Below, one piece after another: positions 60,066 to 64,000 of a DNA stretch of 64,000 nt. The DNA is from a virus, in IMG/VR virus record IMGVR_UViG_3300004886_000001, positions 1 through 64,000 of that record. One strand, 5' to 3'. The notes beneath the pieces were generated by a model. It did not search any database. It saw only the letters and a program-made list of their open reading frames with translations, and had not been told where the DNA came from. Positions within the stretch are counted from its first letter, which is position 1; each line of letters starts with the position of its first letter. The translations under genes and the position numbers were made by a program.

Positions 60066-60089
60066 GGTTGCACGTTTGGTTGCACGTTT
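60066..60089. repeat. Tandem 12-bp repeat GGTTGCACGTTT x2 (arm-type integrase site candidates)
   Basis: Begins 3 bp past the int start codon. A third related copy TTTGGTTGCATGT lies at 60247..60259. Confidence 0.65.
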
Positions 60090-60246
60090 GCGGGAAAAGA
60101 TTGCTATCGTCGTCCTGATTTTAATTTCCCACAAGTGCTAAGTGCCTATTTTGTCTACTAATTTACATTACCGTCCATGTTATGCTATCATTACTGGTAC
60201 CGAGGGGGTTATTCGTACATCCCCTATTTTACTATCTTTTCAGGGT

Positions 60247-60259
60247 TTTGGTTGCATGT
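60247..60259. repeat. Third arm-type site candidate TTTGGTTGCATGT
   Basis: Matches the tandem repeat at 60066..60089 except for one transition. Confidence 0.55.
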
Positions 60260-60275
60260 CAGGTGCACATAATGT

Positions 60276-60461
60276 TTGTATGGGATATCTAACTACGGAG
60301 TACAGGCTTTGAACGATGAAACTACAGCAGGACCAAGTGAAGACTGGGAGCCGGGGGATAACTGCGATCATGAATTTCGACCGGAACTATTTCAAATGGA
60401 CGGCGTTGAAAAACAAAGACCGGTGTGCCAGAAGTGCAGGCAAATTGGTGAGCAGACATGA
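60276..60461 (+). CDS. Small Cys-containing protein
   Basis: 61-aa ORF between attP and the lysis genes. Confidence 0.45.
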   Translation: MYGISNYGVQALNDETTAGPSEDWEPGDNCDHEFRPELFQMDGVEKQRPVCQKCRQIGEQT

Positions 60462-60571
60462 GCGTGGAAGAAACTAGAGAACTATACAAAAATGTAAAAG
60501 ATGACTCGGATATTGAGGCAATGAGAAAGATGCTTTGCAGGGCTAGTGAGGATCACTTGATACAGCCATAA
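60458..60571 (+). CDS. 37-aa micro-protein (below the ORF-track threshold)
   Basis: ATGA overlap with the upstream stop. MSVEETRELYKNVKDDSDIEAMRKMLCRASEDHLIQP. Confidence 0.4.
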   Translation: MSVEETRELYKNVKDDSDIEAMRKMLCRASEDHLIQP

Positions 60572-60609
60572 CAACACCGCCATTGTGGTTGATGATGGTT
60601 GCTACTGCA

Positions 60610-60798
60610 TTAGAAATTGGAACGGCAAAAAATGGGGCTGGAGTTCTCATATTTTCGGCGAAGCCTTGAAGGTGTTAAAAGCATTGCCGGAAGACACCGG
60701 TGAAGCCAAGCGGCTACTGGATGTATAACCCCTTCGCAGTTGCACGAAACGGAAACAAGAATGCCAAGACCACATAGTTTTAAACTGTAAGCAATCAT
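60610..60798 (-). CDS. Outer-membrane spanin (o-spanin) candidate lipoprotein
   Basis: MIAYSLKLCGLGILVSVS|C fits the lipobox consensus as recalled (small/hydrophobic residues then [AGS]-C). 62 aa. Immediately downstream of the i-spanin candidate. Confidence 0.4.
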   Translation of the reverse strand: MIAYSLKLCGLGILVSVSCNCEGVIHPVAAWLHRCLPAMLLTPSRLRRKYENSSPIFCRSNF

Positions 60799-60824
60799 GT
60801 TAATACCACTACCTACCAGCCACC

Positions 60825-61235
60825 CTATAGCTGGGAACAGTCGGGCCAGTCTTTTTCGGTTTCTCTGTCTCTGATTCCTTGGCAGAGTTCCTTATTGAAC
60901 TGATGTAGTCGAGCTGTAGCTGCTTCCAACGCATCCAGTCGCTTGTTTTGGTTTCCGTCAACGGGTAGTGCCTGTATGCCTTCGCAGTTGCTGAGGGGCC
61001 AACACGCGGCGAACTCTGCACCCCTACGCGCATGCTCTGAGACTTCTCTGAACTGTTCGTTGAATAAAGCCCGGTCTGCAACTTCTTGTTCGCGGTCGGC
61101 TTGTATCCCGGATACGAACTTGTAAACAGTAATACCCCCGCTAATAAGAGCAAAGACAACAAGGATACCGCTACCGACAATCCACTTAACAAAGCCTGGT
61201 CTGTTATCTTCTTCATTTTCATTTTTCGGTGGCAT
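60825..61235 (-). CDS. Inner-membrane spanin (i-spanin, Rz-like) candidate
   Basis: N-terminal TM segment FVKWIVGSGILVVFALISGGITVY, then a charged coiled coil; 136 aa. Confidence 0.5.
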   Translation of the reverse strand: MPPKNENEEDNRPGFVKWIVGSGILVVFALISGGITVYKFVSGIQADREQEVADRALFNEQFREVSEHARRGAEFAACWPLSNCEGIQALPVDGNQNKRLDALEAATARLHQFNKELCQGIRDRETEKDWPDCSQL

Positions 61236-61371
61236 GACTATTCATAATCAGTTGACAGGTTATCTTTGTAGTTGTGTACATATTGTGACTTTGTTTAAAA
61301 CTTTCTATAACAAATTATGATAGGTGTAATGTGTTGTCACCGTGAACAGTCGCATCGTTCATGATTGCAAT

Positions 61372-61845
61372 CTATACAGCTCTTAGTCTGTTTGCTAACC
61401 GATCAGCTCTTGAGCCAACTTGCCGAGCATACTTTGAGTCCAGCATTTCAATAGCTGCCAACTGCCAGTCATGATCCTTGGCGGCCGCTACCATCCTTAC
61501 GAATTTTTTAGCCTTTGTAGCTCCGACGTTATATAGGAAATTCACATAAACCTTCTTTACTTCAAACGGAAAGTTTTTCCAGCGGCGTCCGAAAACATTT
61601 TCTCCGTCATGGATAGTTTTGTTACTTAATTCCGCAAAAAATGCCTCAATACATCTAGCTTCAGTAACTACTGTACCTTCTGGCAGTCCGTACTCAGGCA
61701 TACCTTCAATTATCAAAGTACCAAAACCAAACGACGCATAATTTTCGGAATCGAGATATATCGATCTAATTAACCCTTCATCGCTCATGATTTGAGGCAT
61801 TTCACTAACGATTGCTTGTGCTGTGCTGTTTTTTACATAGTGCAT
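61372..61845 (-). CDS. Endolysin, GH24 (T4/lambda-type) lysozyme
   Basis: SDEGLIRSIYLDSENYASFGFGT gives E-x8-D-x5-S. C-terminal KYARQVGSRADRLANRL. Confidence 0.8.
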   Translation of the reverse strand: MHYVKNSTAQAIVSEMPQIMSDEGLIRSIYLDSENYASFGFGTLIIEGMPEYGLPEGTVVTEARCIEAFFAELSNKTIHDGENVFGRRWKNFPFEVKKVYVNFLYNVGATKAKKFVRMVAAAKDHDWQLAAIEMLDSKYARQVGSRADRLANRLRAV

Positions 61846-62301
61846 TTATCTGCCCACGTGATACGGAATACAATTAGGGTCTTGTTCAAGTGCTTTCGGA
61901 TTGTTTCTAAACTGCCCCTCATGGCAGGCAATAGCGTAGTCGATCTCCCTTCTGACCTTCGATATAGACACACCACCTGTATCTTTTGGCATTGCGTCGA
62001 ATCTGGATTCGAGTTCAATTAACTGGCTGTTCAATAATTCAACGTTTGCTTTAAGATCCTCCATATCCTGCTTCTCACCCAGGGCGTCGAGTTTTTTCTG
62101 TAATTCTGGAGTCGGGTTTACTTGGTCGGCTTCAACCTGATTCTTACTAACATCAACAAGGTGTTCAGGCTTGTTTGTTAGGCCAAAGAACAGACCGATA
62201 ATAACGAGTGCACCTGCAACGAACGCCAATGGTTTTCCCCACTTTCTTAAAAAGTCCTGATTCTCTGCCGCTTCCCTTCTTATTGCGTCAATCAAAGCCA
62301 T
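61846..62301 (-). CDS. Lysis-cassette membrane-anchored coiled-coil protein
   Basis: TM segment PLAFVAGALVIIGLFFGL, then a coiled coil. Lies between the holin and the endolysin. Confidence 0.5.
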   Translation of the reverse strand: MALIDAIRREAAENQDFLRKWGKPLAFVAGALVIIGLFFGLTNKPEHLVDVSKNQVEADQVNPTPELQKKLDALGEKQDMEDLKANVELLNSQLIELESRFDAMPKDTGGVSISKVRREIDYAIACHEGQFRNNPKALEQDPNCIPYHVGR

Positions 62302-62681
62302 TATTCTTTTCTCTTGTACTCTTTCATGATTTTCTCGCCGCTACGACCGAGTATGTAGCCACCTATACCAACTTGAACAATTTCCAGCAGTTTTTGCACA
62401 TGGTCTTTATCAAGATTCTCCGGCGTATAGCCGAGCCAGTGAGCACCGATTAGCCCGGCAAACCAAATCATCATCATTGGACGCCAAGTACGCTGCAGCC
62501 AGTTACCCTGTGCTTCTGTCTTGATTACATCTACAGCCCCTTCCAGCTCTGCAGAGTTTTGATTCATGGCAGCAAGTGTTATCTCTGCCTTGATTTTCTC
62601 TGCTTCATCCTTGTTCGTGATGACCTTATCAACGGCACCACCGATCAGGGATATTATGGATGGGAGTAGCTTGGCAAACAT
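62301..62681 (-). CDS. Holin, 3-TM GTA-type (PF11351-like)
   Basis: Amphipathic N-terminus, WRPMMMIWFAGLIGAHWLGY, VGIGGYILGRSGEK. ATG 62681 is coupled (TGATG) to the upstream micro-ORF. Confidence 0.6.
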   Translation of the reverse strand: MFAKLLPSIISLIGGAVDKVITNKDEAEKIKAEITLAAMNQNSAELEGAVDVIKTEAQGNWLQRTWRPMMMIWFAGLIGAHWLGYTPENLDKDHVQKLLEIVQVGIGGYILGRSGEKIMKEYKRKE

Positions 62682-62764
62682 CACAATACACTTAGAGAGA
62701 ACACGGAGCCGAACGCAATGAATAACGCTACAACTAAACCACTAACAATTACCGGCCAGTCCAT
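62681..62764 (-). CDS. 27-aa TM micro-protein heading the lysis cassette
   Basis: AGGAGA RBS 6 nt upstream. MDWPVIVSGLVVALFIAFGSVFSLSVL. Confidence 0.55.
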   Translation of the reverse strand: MDWPVIVSGLVVALFIAFGSVFSLSVL

Positions 62765-62776
62765 GGTCAATCTCCT

Positions 62777-64000
62777 TTATTCGATATTGAGTGTTACTGT
62801 TTTGTCTCCATCCACCGACTGGTAGTGAAGTACGGTTGTTTCACCTGAGCCTTTTGGTTCAGCGACAACCGATAGCTGTTTCCAGGTTCCAGACACCTTG
62901 GCAAGTCCGGGCGGGTCGAATTTCCACTCACCGCCTTTTTTGTAATCGCTGGTGACAGTAAGTGCTTTTTCTACACCTACTTTGATAGGTACAGTCCGAT
63001 CATCACCAACAGAAACATCATCGCAACTACAAATCGCTTCTGATTTTTTTTTTGAATCCGTGTCGGATTTGGCTTTGTTGTTTTCCTCCGGTGCTGGCTC
63101 ATCCGGTTCGACGTTAACTGTTATATTGCTTGTATCGTTCATGTCTTCCTCAGTAGTTAGTTTTGGACCACCAAAGCCGAATTTCTTACCGTCGACAGTT
63201 ATAGAGTACTGGGTGTACTTAATACGGCCCTTTCCCATCCAGACCTCGTTACCTGGCCCATGGATGCCACACAAAACATGGTCCTTGCTGGGGTTGCCAA
63301 AGTCTTCACGTGGAGTCATGCCAGCGGCTTTAATTAGCTGAATCCAGTCCTGCGTATACATGTACTCAAGAAGCGCGGTAACGTCCAAGTGCTCAATGGT
63401 TTGGCGATTCTTAGGGATAACGGCCATTAGATTGAAATCGTTCTCTAAGCCTGCAGTCTCGCGCTTATAGCCGACTGTCAGCTCAACACCGTTAAGAGTG
63501 AATTCGTGGAATACCTTGGCACCAGACCAACCGCCGTCATTACTGGGTTGTGTGCCGGGATTGTCTACATGGGGCAGCTTGAACCAGAAATTTATATTCC
63601 AGGCTTTCGTACCGTTGTAGCTAATACCGTTTATGGTATTTGTGTAGTCGCCTGACAGTCTCGGGTTGCTAACATCGTTCAGATAAAGATCCAGGAATGA
63701 GTTGGCAATTAAGTCGCCTGATAAAACTTCACTCTTTACATGAATGTCGATTTGCGGGAGCTTCGACATAAAACAGGGTATGCCTTGCGTTAGCTTGGCA
63801 ACCTCTGTCATGTCAAACACATCGGTTTTCATGTACCCCTGCCCGCGAGTGCCGGGTAACTTGGGTATCAATCCCTTCGTTTTCATGCCGTTGTGCTCAT
63901 AGCGAGCACCGAACGAACCTAAACCACCGGTTGGGTATAAACGAACACCGTTGAAATTGTGTTTATTTTTCTGTTGCGATACATCGAGAATGTAGTAATC
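62777..64000 (-). CDS. Tail-associated putative glycan-binding/depolymerase protein, paralog B; 5' end beyond the right edge (partial)
   Basis: The frame stays open upstream of the track ATG (63886) to base 64000 (DYYILDVSQQKNKHNFNGVRLYPTGGLGSFGARYEHNG). That extension still aligns with paralog A (FPVVGMLGTMFGRFETSG). Confidence 0.6.
   Translation of the reverse strand, partial: DYYILDVSQQKNKHNFNGVRLYPTGGLGSFGARYEHNGMKTKGLIPKLPGTRGQGYMKTDVFDMTEVAKLTQGIPCFMSKLPQIDIHVKSEVLSGDLIANSFLDLYLNDVSNPRLSGDYTNTINGISYNGTKAWNINFWFKLPHVDNPGTQPSNDGGWSGAKVFHEFTLNGVELTVGYKRETAGLENDFNLMAVIPKNRQTIEHLDVTALLEYMYTQDWIQLIKAAGMTPREDFGNPSKDHVLCGIHGPGNEVWMGKGRIKYTQYSITVDGKKFGFGGPKLTTEEDMNDTSNITVNVEPDEPAPEENNKAKSDTDSKKKSEAICSCDDVSVGDDRTVPIKVGVEKALTVTSDYKKGGEWKFDPPGLAKVSGTWKQLSVVAEPKGSGETTVLHYQSVDGDKTVTLNIE

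Larger units (their letters stand above)
1..64000. mobile_element. Near-complete temperate tailed-phage genome, unintegrated (attP) arrangement, circularly permuted in this window
   Basis: Terminase-portal-scaffold-capsid-ejection-tail genes (30233->1), lysis cassette plus tail-associated gene (64000->60610), tyrosine integrase next to a repeat-rich gap, CI/Cro-like switch, recombination and replication modules. No housekeeping genes. Both edges interrupt minus-strand tail genes. Confidence 0.75.

Noticed and set aside
60809-61222. A 137-aa ORF overlapping the i-spanin candidate in another frame, as a possible embedded o-spanin.
   Set aside because: It has no cysteine and therefore no lipobox. 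Its S/T/K-rich composition suggests a frame shadow. The separate ORF 60610..60798 has a lipobox-like signal instead.

Overview
The window reads as a near-complete temperate tailed-phage genome in the unintegrated (attP) arrangement. No bacterial housekeeping genes were seen, and both window edges cut minus-strand tail genes, so the map is circularly permuted. Minus strand 30233->1: large terminase, portal, scaffold, major capsid, a strong terminator, adaptor/ejection-like proteins, a 2,770-aa multi-domain virion protein, then a fibre/tailspike block. No tape measure, tube or sheath gene was recognised, which suggests a podovirus-like particle. Plus strand 30274..33909: an early block with a beta-clamp-like protein, a DUF550/MazG-like protein and an NrdR-like zinc ribbon. 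Minus strand 33.9-56.5 kb: a long chain of translationally coupled small genes. It includes C5-MTase-like, tRNA-like, RusA-like, SSB-like, Toprim, SF2 helicase, CsrA and DEDDh exonuclease genes. 56.2-60.3 kb: a CI/Cro-like switch, ERF and YqaJ-like recombination genes, Xis-like, tyrosine integrase and an attP-like repeat region. 60.6-64.0 kb: a lysis cassette and a second glycanase-like tail gene. Most notable findings:
- the polyvalent giant protein with a pyrophosphatase-like module;
- a phage CsrA coupled to the helicase;
- a candidate about 100-nt antisense sRNA with an extended -10 promoter and an intrinsic terminator;
- a duplicated 115-bp regulatory cassette;
- an 840-bp non-coding hub with GTTGAC iterons;
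- a recurring 28-bp intergenic motif;
- an atypical tRNA;
- a second operator-bearing control region at 42.5 kb.
All functional calls rest on motif recognition by eye, not on database searches.
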